A stretch of DNA of 64,000 nt from the IMG/VR virus record IMGVR_UViG_3300032291_002550, positions 132,981 to 196,980 of that record, one strand, 5' to 3'. The position numbers were made by a program, and so were the translations under genes. Source of the DNA: a virus. Below the pieces are notes generated by a model, which made no database searches, had not been told where the DNA came from, and saw nothing but the letters and a program-made list of their open reading frames with translations. Positions 1-10,500 of the stretch are shown here, piece after piece (positions within the stretch are counted from its first letter, which is position 1; every line of letters starts with the position of its first letter).

Positions 1-2
1 AT

Positions 3-275
3 TTAGGAATTAAATTACATGATGGAATGTATTCAGACGCTAATAAAGGTTATTATATGGCATTTAAACCAGAATTTGGATTAAAGTCTAATCTTACATT
101 AATTTTGCATCATGCAGATCATTTAGCTTCTAGAATTGAACATGGTCATAAAGAACCTAAAAATACTGCTATACCAATTACAGTTGTTAAATCAACAAAG
201 CCATCTATTGCAGACACATTAAATTCTAGTGCGACATCTGTAGATGATCTATTTAGTGACTTTTTTAAGAAATAA
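3..275 (+). CDS. HD-domain phosphohydrolase-like protein, C-terminal part (5' truncated by window edge)
   Basis: Frame open from nt 3: LGIKLHDGMY...LILHHADHLASRIE; the HDG and LHxAD motifs are typical of the HD-domain C-terminal half. Confidence 0.6.
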   Translation, partial: LGIKLHDGMYSDANKGYYMAFKPEFGLKSNLTLILHHADHLASRIEHGHKEPKNTAIPITVVKSTKPSIADTLNSSATSVDDLFSDFFKK

Positions 276-278
276 AAT

Positions 279-581
279 ATGATATATACATTGTTAATTA
301 TAGTAATTATAGCATTATGCTATGTAATATATAATTTACTTAATAAAGTTGAAGCATATGAAGAACGTGTTTTAAGAAAAACAGAAGATATTGAATTATT
401 ATTATCAAGATTTCAGGAAATTTCTAATAAAATGAAAGAAATTGATAATAAACAAATATTCGAATCTGATGATGAAGTTGGAGTTACTTTTGAGATGTTA
501 AAAAATCTTATACAAGATAACTCAGTTTTACTAGACTATTATATAAAAGAAGATGACAGAAGCAGCAACGGTAGTAGATAA
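279..581 (+). CDS. Hypothetical membrane-anchored coiled-coil protein
   Basis: N-terminal hydrophobic helix (IYTLLIIVIIALCYVIY) followed by a charged heptad-rich region. Confidence 0.6.
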   Translation: MIYTLLIIVIIALCYVIYNLLNKVEAYEERVLRKTEDIELLLSRFQEISNKMKEIDNKQIFESDDEVGVTFEMLKNLIQDNSVLLDYYIKEDDRSSNGSR

Positions 582-1305
582 AAAGCAATACTTTACTCAA
601 GAAACAGAAGATGCAATTTGCAGATATATTCAATCTACAGATTATGCAGAAAAAAGCAGAATTTATAATGCTAGTATTAAAAAGCCATTTGAAAAAATAG
701 TAGAGAATTGGATTTTTAAATTGCAAGCTTGGAAATATACAGAATCATATGTAGAATTATCTAATGATACTATTACATTTCTTTGTGAACGATTAAGTAA
801 ATACGTACATGCTAATGGTAAAGCATTTTCATATTTTTCTGTTATTGCGAGAAATTATCTTATTTTATTTATTAAAAAGAAGCATCAAAAAATAAAAAAT
901 AACGTAGATACCGAAAATATTGATATCGAACGTAATTTAATAAATGAAGAAGCTTATAAGGAATTTGTAGAAGAAACATATGATTTTGTTGAAGAATTTA
1001 TAAAATATATAGATTCAAATTTACCTATTTTATTTGAGTCTCAAAAAGAAATGTCAGTTGCTGATTCGGTATTAGAATTATTTAGGACCCGCGATAATAT
1101 AGAAAACTTTAATAAAAAAGCATTGTATATTTTAATACGAGAACGTACGGGATTAAAAACTCAAATTATAACTAAAACAGTAAATGATATTAAGGTATTA
1201 TATGAACTTTTATATAAGAATTTTAGACTACATGATGGCATAAGATTAGACCCTTATAAGGTTCAAGAATTAATTCGAATGCAAAAGATTAAGTCTAAGA
1301 GATAA
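553..1305 (+). CDS. T4 gp55-like late-transcription sigma factor
   Basis: KAFSYFSVIARNYLI resembles the sigma region 2 NPFAYFTQI motif of gp55; N-terminal KQYFT motif; T4-like context. Confidence 0.65.
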   Translation: MTEAATVVDKKQYFTQETEDAICRYIQSTDYAEKSRIYNASIKKPFEKIVENWIFKLQAWKYTESYVELSNDTITFLCERLSKYVHANGKAFSYFSVIARNYLILFIKKKHQKIKNNVDTENIDIERNLINEEAYKEFVEETYDFVEEFIKYIDSNLPILFESQKEMSVADSVLELFRTRDNIENFNKKALYILIRERTGLKTQIITKTVNDIKVLYELLYKNFRLHDGIRLDPYKVQELIRMQKIKSKR

Positions 1306-1322
1306 TTATTTAAAAGATAATT

Positions 1323-1712
1323 ATGCCAACTATAAATGATTCCATATACGGGAAGACGTCTTTAGCAGATGTATTTAAAGAAATACATGTAAACCAAAAA
1401 GAAAAAAATAAACAAATAGATAATTTAATACAGCAGTTATCTCCATTAGTAAAAAGTATTAATGATGCTGCTGTAGTAGTACCACTAATAAAAGAATATT
1501 TAGACGTGGGTGTTAAGAACGACGAGCAGTTAATTAAAATGACTTCCGTCGTTCAACGACTGTTAGCGTCTGAAGCAAAACAAAAAGCCGACTCTGGTAT
1601 TAGTGATTGGCAATTATCCCCAGATGAATTAAAACAAATACAAAGTGATTTAAAAGATATTAACCAAATTAATAAAGATATTGAAGAATCATTAGTTAAA
1701 CCTATTAAATAA
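1323..1712 (+). CDS. Hypothetical helical protein (possible terminase small subunit)
   Basis: 129-aa helical/coiled-coil ORF preceded by the late-type motif; TerS call rests only on size and helix pattern. Confidence 0.3.
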   Translation: MPTINDSIYGKTSLADVFKEIHVNQKEKNKQIDNLIQQLSPLVKSINDAAVVVPLIKEYLDVGVKNDEQLIKMTSVVQRLLASEAKQKADSGISDWQLSPDELKQIQSDLKDINQINKDIEESLVKPIK

Positions 1713-2761
1713 TGTTACAATCCGCGGAAGTAATAGAAGTTTTTTTAAAAGATAATATTGAAAATTATTATACTATACGATTTAAGTTCTTAAATCGTCC
1801 GGGTAACAACGATGAAAATACAAATACTGCAGTACCTTTAAATGCTCATATTAAATCAATACCAGTACCGGGAGAAATAGTATTAATAGTAACAGCAGCT
1901 TCTGCATTTGCAGGTAATTTTAGATTAAATGAAGGCACATTTTATTATATGAATGATGTTAACATACAATCGAGTATTAATTATAATGGTGTACCTACAT
2001 CAGGTAAAGTACCAATATCAAATACTACAAGTTACCAAAATGCTTCATATGGGGTTGTAAGTTCGCCTAATCAATCTCAACCGGAAAGAGTAAAGAAAAC
2101 ATTTAAACCATTGGATGGTCAAAATTCTTTACAATTATTTGAAGGTGATGTTGTCATGGAAGGAAGAAGTGGCAATTCAGTAAGATTAAGTTCTACAGTT
2201 AATGGATTAACAGGCATTACTAAACAACCTACATGGACATCAGGAAACCCTGGGGATCCAATAATGATTCTATCTAATACAAAAAAGAATAGCTCAACAA
2301 AAGGATTTAGAATTGAAGATATTAATAAAGATGATTCATCTATTTATTTAACATCAACTCAAAGAATACCATTAAAATTAGCAGGGCCTACAACAGTAAC
2401 TAATATTAATATAGGAACATTTTCACAAGATTTATCTGGGAAGCAAATAATAATGAGCTCGGATAGAATTGTATTAAATGCAAAAGAAAAAGAATTAGCC
2501 CTTTCATCTAAAAATGGAATATCAATCACTAGTAAGGGCGATATTGTATTAGAATCTTCAAATGCAATTACATTAAATGCGCCGACAATTAATCTAGGTT
2601 ATCCTACAATATACTCTGGTGTTAATGCTGAACCATTAGATAATATTTTAAATGCAATTATAACCGCTGTTAACGCCAATCCGGTTGCGCCGGGAGCAGC
2701 AGCACCTGCGCAAATCTTACTTAATTTAGGTCTTCATAGATCTACAACAGTAAAACTTTAA
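1712..2761 (+). CDS. Baseplate spike/hub protein (gp5/gpV-like OB-fold plus beta-helix)
   Basis: N-terminal PxPGExV OB-fold motif, EGDVVMEGRSGNSVRLSS, C-terminal beta-strand repeats; lies just upstream of gp25/gp6-like genes. Confidence 0.6.
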   Translation: MLQSAEVIEVFLKDNIENYYTIRFKFLNRPGNNDENTNTAVPLNAHIKSIPVPGEIVLIVTAASAFAGNFRLNEGTFYYMNDVNIQSSINYNGVPTSGKVPISNTTSYQNASYGVVSSPNQSQPERVKKTFKPLDGQNSLQLFEGDVVMEGRSGNSVRLSSTVNGLTGITKQPTWTSGNPGDPIMILSNTKKNSSTKGFRIEDINKDDSSIYLTSTQRIPLKLAGPTTVTNINIGTFSQDLSGKQIIMSSDRIVLNAKEKELALSSKNGISITSKGDIVLESSNAITLNAPTINLGYPTIYSGVNAEPLDNILNAIITAVNANPVAPGAAAPAQILLNLGLHRSTTVKL

Positions 2762-2788
2762 AAAATATTGTATCTTTTATTGACTTAG

Positions 2789-2796
2789 ATAATTAT
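2789..2796 (+). promoter_or_regulatory. Late-promoter-like motif ATA(A/T)TTAT (representative of at least 21 copies)
   Basis: Copies at 1302, 2789, 7582, 11451, 13394, 19528, 22239, 24702, 27672, 29533, 32003, 36692, 37408, 38471, 41429, 44364, 47447, 49633, 51075, 57337 and 61791, each just upstream of a gene start. Confidence 0.7.
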
Positions 2797-2810
2797 ATTA
2801 AAGAGTCAAT

Positions 2811-3332
2811 ATGGACAGTAATAAATTTTTTAAACAACTAAGACAAATCATTAGAGAAGAAGTAGAAATGGCAGTTCATAAAGAAATGAACATTCTCTAC
2901 GAAAGTCTAGATAAAGTATCTAAAAGAACATCTACAAATCAAAGAATTGTAAGCGAAGCGCCTATAACTTCAGCGCCTGTATTTAAAAAAGCAAATATAA
3001 GAAAACCGACAACTACATTTTCTAACAATCCTCTTATTAATGATATTTTAAATGAAACTGCTAACAGTGGATTTTCGAACAAAGACTTTCATGGTATTTT
3101 AGAAGAAGATTATAACCCAACTCAGTTAGGACATAATGATTTTGAAGAGTGGCCTACCATGAGAAATATGTCTAATATAGGGATGAGTTCTACACCAAGT
3201 GCTGCAACAGTAGCTCCGAGAACAGATATTGACGGCAGACCAGTAACGGAATTAGCACCGGAAGTTGAACAAGCATTAACAAGAGATTATTCTGCGTTAA
3301 TGAAAGCAATTAATAAGAAAAAAGGAGCTTAA
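2811..3332 (+). CDS. Hypothetical virion-associated protein
   Basis: ORF with LRQIIREEV N-terminal motif, NPLINDILNETA and ALTRDYSALMKA; own late-type motif at 2789. Confidence 0.55.
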   Translation: MDSNKFFKQLRQIIREEVEMAVHKEMNILYESLDKVSKRTSTNQRIVSEAPITSAPVFKKANIRKPTTTFSNNPLINDILNETANSGFSNKDFHGILEEDYNPTQLGHNDFEEWPTMRNMSNIGMSSTPSAATVAPRTDIDGRPVTELAPEVEQALTRDYSALMKAINKKKGA

Positions 3333-3335
3333 TAA

Positions 3336-3791
3336 ATGGCTAGAATATTAAGTAAAATACCTGTAATTGATACTCAACCAGATGTAGCAGTAGGAATTCT
3401 ACTTCCATTGAATAATGCTTCGAAAGGAGTATTTCAATCATCATACAGTACTCAAGAACAAGCAGTATCTAATCTAAAAAATCTTTTATTAACAAGTAAA
3501 GGAGAGCGCAGATATTTGCCAAATTTCGGAACAGGTATTATGAACTTATTATTTGATCCAAATACAACAGAAATAGGAGAAAATTTAAAAGATGAAATTT
3601 CTTCTGCTATTTCTTTTTGGATGCCATATATTATAATAAACAATATTGATATAAAACAAAAAATAGATTCATTAGGCCCAGAAGCTGAACATGGATTATT
3701 AATTAGTCTTAATTTTCAAGTTACGAATAACGGGGCAAATCAAACTATAATTATCGATATTAATCAATCAGGAACAATAGCTATACTATAA
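3336..3791 (+). CDS. gp25: Baseplate wedge subunit gp25-like
   Basis: NLKNLLLTSKGERRYLPNFGT...AISFWMPYI is the gpW/gp25 family signature. Confidence 0.9.
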   Translation: MARILSKIPVIDTQPDVAVGILLPLNNASKGVFQSSYSTQEQAVSNLKNLLLTSKGERRYLPNFGTGIMNLLFDPNTTEIGENLKDEISSAISFWMPYIIINNIDIKQKIDSLGPEAEHGLLISLNFQVTNNGANQTIIIDINQSGTIAIL

Positions 3792-5662
3792 TGTCAAATA
3801 ATACAAAAAAAGATATAAAGTATATTAATAAGGACTTTAGTAATTTTAGACAATCTCTAATAGAGTTTGCAAAAAGTTACTTCCCAAATACATATAATGA
3901 TTTTAATGAAACATCGCCAGGTATGATGTTTATTGAAATGGCTGCATATGTAGGAGATGTTCTTTCTTATTATACAGATAATCAATTAAAAGAAAGTTTA
4001 TTATCATATTCTCAAGAAAGATCAAACTTATTACAGTTAGCTCAAGAGCGTGGATATAAACCAAAAAATTCTGTACCAGCAACTGCAAATCTAGATGTAT
4101 TTCAGTTATTACCGGCAATACAATCTGGGTCTACATACTATCCTGATTGGAATTATGCTTTATCGATAAATCAAGAAATGATTATTAAAGCTACAAATTC
4201 AAATGTACAATTTAGAACAATTGAACCTGTAGTTTTTACTTCTGCATCTATTACTAATACCGGTGGAGATTCTTTATCAGTATATCAAGTAGATTCTAGC
4301 AATAATCCGATTTATTACTTACTAAAAAAACAAGTAAAGGCTGTTGCCGGAACAATTGTAACTCAAACATTTACTTTTGGCGCGCCAAAAAGATATGATA
4401 AAATTATTTTAAATGATACTAATATAATCGAAGTTTTAGATATTATAGATTCTGATGGAAATACGTGGTATGAAGTTCCTTATTTAGCTCAAGATACTAT
4501 TTTTGATGAAGTTAAGAATGATCAATATGCAAATGTAAATTATACATCATCTAATGGTGTAGCGCCATACTTATTAAAACTTAAAAAAGTATCTAGAAGA
4601 TTTGAAACAAGAGTTAATGGAGATAATACAATTACAATTCAATTTGGAGCTGGAGTATCTACATCAGCTGATGAAGAATTAATACCTAATCCAGATTTAG
4701 TTGGAAGTTCGTTATATTCTCCGAATATTGACTATTCAATTGACCCTAGTAATTTCTTGTACTCTAAAACATATGGTTTAGCACCTGCAAATACTACATT
4801 AACAGTAAGATATACAACAGGTGGTGGAATTGAATCAAATGTTCAAGCAGATACATTAACTACTATTGCTGGTGTTACATTTGATTCTGATGGCTCTGGT
4901 TTAAATCAAGCATTATTTACAAGAATAAAAAATTCGGTAGCTGTAAATAATCCAATACCAGCAGTAGGCGGAAAGAGCTTAGAAAGTATTGATGAAATTA
5001 GATTTAATGCAATTGCAAATTTTGCTTCTCAAAATAGAGCAGTAACAGTTGAAGATTATATTGTAAGAGTATATGCAATGCCGCAAAGATTTGGAGCAGC
5101 AGCAAAAGCATACATTTTACAATCTAAAGATAAGGTAACTGATAAAGGTGTTGTAACATCTAATCAATTAGCAATGGATTTATATGTATTAGGGTATGAT
5201 TTAAATAAAAATTTAACGCCATTAAATTTAATCGTTAAATCTAATTTATCTACGTATTTAGAACAGTATAGAATGATTACAGATGCTATTAATATTAAAG
5301 ACGCATATATTGTAAATATTGGTCTTGATTTTAGTATCGTAGTATTACCTGGATATAACAGTAATGAAGTATTATTAAAATGTATTTCTAAATTAAAGGA
5401 TATTTTTGATATTAATAAATGGCAAATTAATCAGCCTATCGTATTATCAAAATTATATGCAGAATTAGATAGAGTTGATGGGGTTCAAACAGTGTCAAAT
5501 ATTACGATTAGTAATTTAACTGGCAATGATATAGGATATTCAAATAATAAGTATGATATTTTAGCTGCTACGAAAAATGGCGTAATTTATCCTTCATTCG
5601 ATCCATGTATTTTTGAAATTAAATATCCAAATAAAGATATTAAAGGTAGAGTAACTAGTTAA
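3791..5662 (+). CDS. gp6: Baseplate wedge subunit gp6-like
   Basis: KDFSNFRQSLIEFAKSYFP...DFNETSPGMMFIEMAAYVGDVLSYY and QNRAVTVEDY are gp6/baseplate-J motifs. Confidence 0.9.
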   Translation: MSNNTKKDIKYINKDFSNFRQSLIEFAKSYFPNTYNDFNETSPGMMFIEMAAYVGDVLSYYTDNQLKESLLSYSQERSNLLQLAQERGYKPKNSVPATANLDVFQLLPAIQSGSTYYPDWNYALSINQEMIIKATNSNVQFRTIEPVVFTSASITNTGGDSLSVYQVDSSNNPIYYLLKKQVKAVAGTIVTQTFTFGAPKRYDKIILNDTNIIEVLDIIDSDGNTWYEVPYLAQDTIFDEVKNDQYANVNYTSSNGVAPYLLKLKKVSRRFETRVNGDNTITIQFGAGVSTSADEELIPNPDLVGSSLYSPNIDYSIDPSNFLYSKTYGLAPANTTLTVRYTTGGGIESNVQADTLTTIAGVTFDSDGSGLNQALFTRIKNSVAVNNPIPAVGGKSLESIDEIRFNAIANFASQNRAVTVEDYIVRVYAMPQRFGAAAKAYILQSKDKVTDKGVVTSNQLAMDLYVLGYDLNKNLTPLNLIVKSNLSTYLEQYRMITDAINIKDAYIVNIGLDFSIVVLPGYNSNEVLLKCISKLKDIFDINKWQINQPIVLSKLYAELDRVDGVQTVSNITISNLTGNDIGYSNNKYDILAATKNGVIYPSFDPCIFEIKYPNKDIKGRVTS

Positions 5663-5673
5663 ATAATTAAATA

Positions 5674-6753
5674 ATGATTTATCATTTATATTCAGATCAA
5701 GACGCAACAATATACGAAAAAGAACCAACATTAAATGCTGGTTTAGATGAAGTATTGGAGTTAGAAAAAGTTGTTACTAGTACTAATATTATTGAAGTAT
5801 CTAGAATCTTAATAAACTTTAATGCTAGCCAATCGATTGCTAGTTTAAGAAACCAAGGATTAATTTCTACCGGTAGTTTAGTTTCTACATTAAAATTATA
5901 TAGTTTAGAAGCAATCGATGCACCAGTAGATTATACTGTTGCTTGTTACCCAATATCTCAATCATGGACTAGAGGAACAGGAAAAGTAAGTTATATACCA
6001 TTTTTAACTGATGGTGTTTCTTGGGAATATGCAACAGAATCAACAAAATGGGTAACAGGTTCATTTGCTGCTGGAGTAACAGGTTCATATTTAGTAAATA
6101 AAATGGGAGGAAATTGGTATACAGTATCAGAATCTAAACAAACATTTACATATTCTCCTTTAAGACAAGATCTTAATTTAAACGTATCCAATATTGTAAA
6201 TTCTTGGTTAAGTGGTTCTATTAAAGAACAAGGATTTATAATTAAAGTATCTGGTTCATTAGAATATGATACTCAAACTTACGGACCTATTCAGTTTTTT
6301 AGTAATGAAACAAATACAGTATATCCTCCTAGATTAGAATTAGCATGGGATGATTCTTTATTTGTAACAGGTTCATTACCTGCATTATCAACTGATAGAT
6401 ATACTATTATAACTAAAAATCTTAATAAGCAATATGACCAAAATTCAATTGATATATTAAGATTGATATCTAGACCATTATTTCCTGTAAGAACATTTGC
6501 AACGGGAAGTGCATATAATATCGTACAATATCTTCCGCAAACTACATATTATGGTGTAGAAGATTATTACACGGGAGAATCTTTAGTTTCTTTTAGTGAT
6601 TATACTAAAGTAAGCTGTGATAGTATAGGCAATTATTTTAAATTTAATTTTAATATACTTCAAAAAAATAGATTTTATAGATTTATTTATAAAGTAAATA
6701 ATAGTGGCTTAATAAAATATTTTAAAGCCGATGAAGTTTTTAGTGTAATATAA
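5674..6753 (+). CDS. Baseplate-associated structural protein (DNRLRE-like beta domain)
   Basis: DATIYE...NAGLDEVLE...SRILINF...FFSNET..YPPRLEL pattern; located in the baseplate operon. Confidence 0.55.
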   Translation: MIYHLYSDQDATIYEKEPTLNAGLDEVLELEKVVTSTNIIEVSRILINFNASQSIASLRNQGLISTGSLVSTLKLYSLEAIDAPVDYTVACYPISQSWTRGTGKVSYIPFLTDGVSWEYATESTKWVTGSFAAGVTGSYLVNKMGGNWYTVSESKQTFTYSPLRQDLNLNVSNIVNSWLSGSIKEQGFIIKVSGSLEYDTQTYGPIQFFSNETNTVYPPRLELAWDDSLFVTGSLPALSTDRYTIITKNLNKQYDQNSIDILRLISRPLFPVRTFATGSAYNIVQYLPQTTYYGVEDYYTGESLVSFSDYTKVSCDSIGNYFKFNFNILQKNRFYRFIYKVNNSGLIKYFKADEVFSVI

Positions 6754-6754
6754 T

Positions 6755-7585
6755 ATGGCAAGAAATAGTTTAGGACAGTTTATAGTCCAGGAAAGTGGTA
6801 GCAGTATTGTTAGTATTAAATGTGATGAATTATATATCACAAAAACTCAGTATGATCTTTTTTTATTAGATAATAAAGAGTTTACAGAATTAACTCCTAC
6901 AATTGATAAAGATGCATTAATTAATTCATTAACAAATCAAATTAATGGATTAAATAATACGATTAGTGTATTATCTACAGATGTAAAGGGCGGGTTATTA
7001 GTTTCTGTAACCGAGCCTCAATATGCTTACCCAGTAATTCAACTAAATTCTATTACATACAATAATCAAAAAATATACGAAAGTATAGGATTTAATGATG
7101 ATAGTACGTCTCCTAATTTTAATAGTAAACAATCAAACGGATTAAAATTCTGGAGTATACCTAATAAAGCAGCTACAGTATATCAAAATGCAAATTCTAA
7201 AGGTGTTTATGATTTAAAATCATATATTAAATTTAGATTTAGATATATCGGAACAACTCCTATTGCTAATGTAACATCAATGGAAACTAAAATACAATTT
7301 TGGAAGTTAACTAACGGCAATTCTAATTCTATAGGAGGAGGTGTAACTCTTAATCGACAATTGACAGGTCTAGATGGTAATATTAAAACGACATACTCAC
7401 AAGGCGATGTTACGAGCACATATGAAATTTCATTAAATGACCCTGATATTGATCTAGGAGGAAACACGGATATAATATATCTCCCAGTTAGATATAGTTT
7501 ATTTCAAGGAACATCAGATATCGGGGCTAATAATTTTATAATGGAAATCTTGCCAAATTCTACATTCTCTATGTTACCTCAATAA
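6755..7585 (+). CDS. Hypothetical structural protein
   Basis: 276-aa ORF in the baseplate operon; short coiled coil followed by a beta-rich domain. Confidence 0.5.
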   Translation: MARNSLGQFIVQESGSSIVSIKCDELYITKTQYDLFLLDNKEFTELTPTIDKDALINSLTNQINGLNNTISVLSTDVKGGLLVSVTEPQYAYPVIQLNSITYNNQKIYESIGFNDDSTSPNFNSKQSNGLKFWSIPNKAATVYQNANSKGVYDLKSYIKFRFRYIGTTPIANVTSMETKIQFWKLTNGNSNSIGGGVTLNRQLTGLDGNIKTTYSQGDVTSTYEISLNDPDIDLGGNTDIIYLPVRYSLFQGTSDIGANNFIMEILPNSTFSMLPQ

Positions 7586-7594
7586 TTATATTAA

Positions 7595-10500
7595 ATGCTT
7601 ATAGATACTTTACTTCAAACAGAACAACTAATTTACGATCCTGGGTTTAATAATACTGATTTATTAATAACGGGCCAAGTAAAAACTAAAACACCTACTG
7701 CGCAATCTAGCAAATATGAAGTAAATATATATTCTTTTAATGGTATATTACTTGATAGCTATATAAATGATGTACGTACGCCATTTAGATTAACTTCGAC
7801 AGGTTCATTTTTAGATATTAATTTATCTAAGTATTTTGATCAATCTAATTTAAATTCTGGAAAATACTACTATATAGTTAATTCTTATAATCAATTCGGA
7901 TTAAATGAATTAGTAGTAGAAGAAATTTCTGCAACAAGAACAGAAATCAGACTTTTAAGAGTAAAACAAAAGAATCAATTTCTAGAAAGCAGGGAATTAC
8001 AGGCAGGTTTAGCACCACAAGAAGACCCTACTAGTATATTAATACTCGATGATCAGTTAAATTCATCACAAACTGCACCGGAAGTTATACTTACTGACTT
8101 CGATAAAAATTTAGTTTATCAAAATATAAAGCCATATCAATTTAGAAATTTATTTTTAAATTTTGGTCAGAATAGATTATTTAGAATTATTAATATCGAA
8201 ATTGGAAAATCACCGTCTTTCGAAATATTAGTAAAATTATACGAACCTTTACCGATTGATATTGATGTTACGCAAATTTGTGAAATTGATGAAGTTTATT
8301 TTAGTTACGGGGATGTAGCAGAATATATTCAAAATGTAGAAATTATAGACCCTACAATACAAATTCAAGGTCCTAATTTTAACATTGATGTCGACTTTTA
8401 TAAAAACTCAACTACTGGGTTCCAAACATGGAATGATTTATTAGATGTAAATTTATCTACATCACAACAAATTATTGATTCATATTTTGGAGAATCGTTG
8501 CAAGGTATTAAGTTAAATATTGATTATAGTAAACCAGAACAATTTGTATTTTATAGTTCTGCAGAAGAAAGATTTAATAACTTTTATTATAAGATACAGT
8601 TAATAGAAGATTATAATAAACAATTAACTACTCTTAACAATATTAGTCAGTCTATAAAGACCGCAAATATTATTGACGTTACTAAAAAACGTAGTAAAAT
8701 AATCACTGGGTTTGATGACTTTGAAAAGTATTTATATTTCGGTACCGAATCTGGTAGTTTATATACATTTTATACCGGAAGTATTGCTACTTGGCCAAAA
8801 ACGACAACAGGTTCTTTAAATTGGTTAGAATCATATAATTATTGGGTTGATAATTATTCTAATGGCGCATTAAATACTAATATTGGATATAACTTACAAA
8901 GCACTACATCTACAATTGTTAAGACGTATGCGGAAGATACAATAGCAATATTACGTGAATATGATAAGAATAATATCAGTTCTTTATTAAAAACAATACC
9001 TGCTAGTATTTTATTAGACGATAATAATTCAGAATATTTTATATTTGTGAATATGATAGGTCATCATTTTGACATTATCTATACATATATTAATCATTTA
9101 AGCTCGATACATTCTCGAGAAGAACATCCGTTGGACGGTATTAGTAAAGAATTATTAACTGATGTAGCTCAATCATTTGGGTGGAATTTAGTTAATTCTA
9201 AAAAGAAAGATAGTCTTTGGCAATATGTAACTGGCTTAGATTCTAACGGAAATTATCTTCAAACGGGAAGTTTAACACCTACAATATCCACAGAACAATA
9301 TACTTTAGAAATTTGGAATCGTATTGTAAATAACTTACCTTATTTATTAAAAACAAAAGGAACAAAACGTTCTATTCAAGCATTGATGTCTTGTTATGGA
9401 ATTCCTTCTACTGTTATTAATATTAAAGAATTTGGAGGTCCTACAAAAAATAATATACAACCGGATTGGCAAATAGATAAGTTTATTTATTCTTTAGAAT
9501 TTGGAAATAATACAGGGTCTATAACAATTCCTTGGGATACATTAACAACGACAAATAGAACACCAGATACAATTCAGTTTAGATTTAAACCGGATTCTAG
9601 TGTTGTATTATATCCTCGTACATTATTAAGAACAGATAACTCAGGTGATCCGTATTTTTATATAACATATGATCAACCTAGTAATTATAATTCTAAAGAA
9701 GGTCAATTAACATATTATTTACTTCAACCGGATTTAACATATGTAAGTGCATCTCTTAATAACATACCAATGTTTAACGGAGATTGGACGTCTGTAAATA
9801 TTCAACGAACTTATTTACCGACATCATCAACTTCAATTGTAGCTGCTTTTAAAACTAGCGTAGCTAGTAGCGGTGGCACGTTAGAAGCAGAAAGCTGTTT
9901 AACATCTACAATAAGTAATTTAATAACTTCAGATTCGGCATCATCATTTACAATCGGCGCTGTTGTTAAGAATTATGATAATATAATTTATAATAAATCT
10001 AGCTCCGTAAATGGGTCTAATTTGTACTATAATTTAACCTCGAATATCATAATAGGGTCTGCTAGTTATAGCACTTCTAATAAAGCATTTGATGGTAATT
10101 TAAATGAATTTAGATATTGGTCTTATCTATTAAATAATGATTCGATGGCTCAGTATTCTAAGAATCCATTATTTTATGGTGGTAATGCAGATCAAGATGC
10201 GTACGATTATTTAAGTTTTAGATTACCATTATCTTATTTAATAACTACAACAGGAAGTTATCCGTCAGTACATCCTAATCAAAGTATTTCGAGCTTTACA
10301 AGCGCAGCGTCAGCAGCAACTTTTAACGGCTTTCAAGATGGAGATTTAGGTGGAGAAGATTATACAACATATGTAGTTACTCCTAGTTTAGGAGCTGATA
10401 ATTTATATTCTACAAAAATAAGAGTAGTATCAAATTCTTTAACTAGTTCATTAAGTCTAGATAATACCTCAGAGATTCCTACATCTGAACAAACTCCGAA

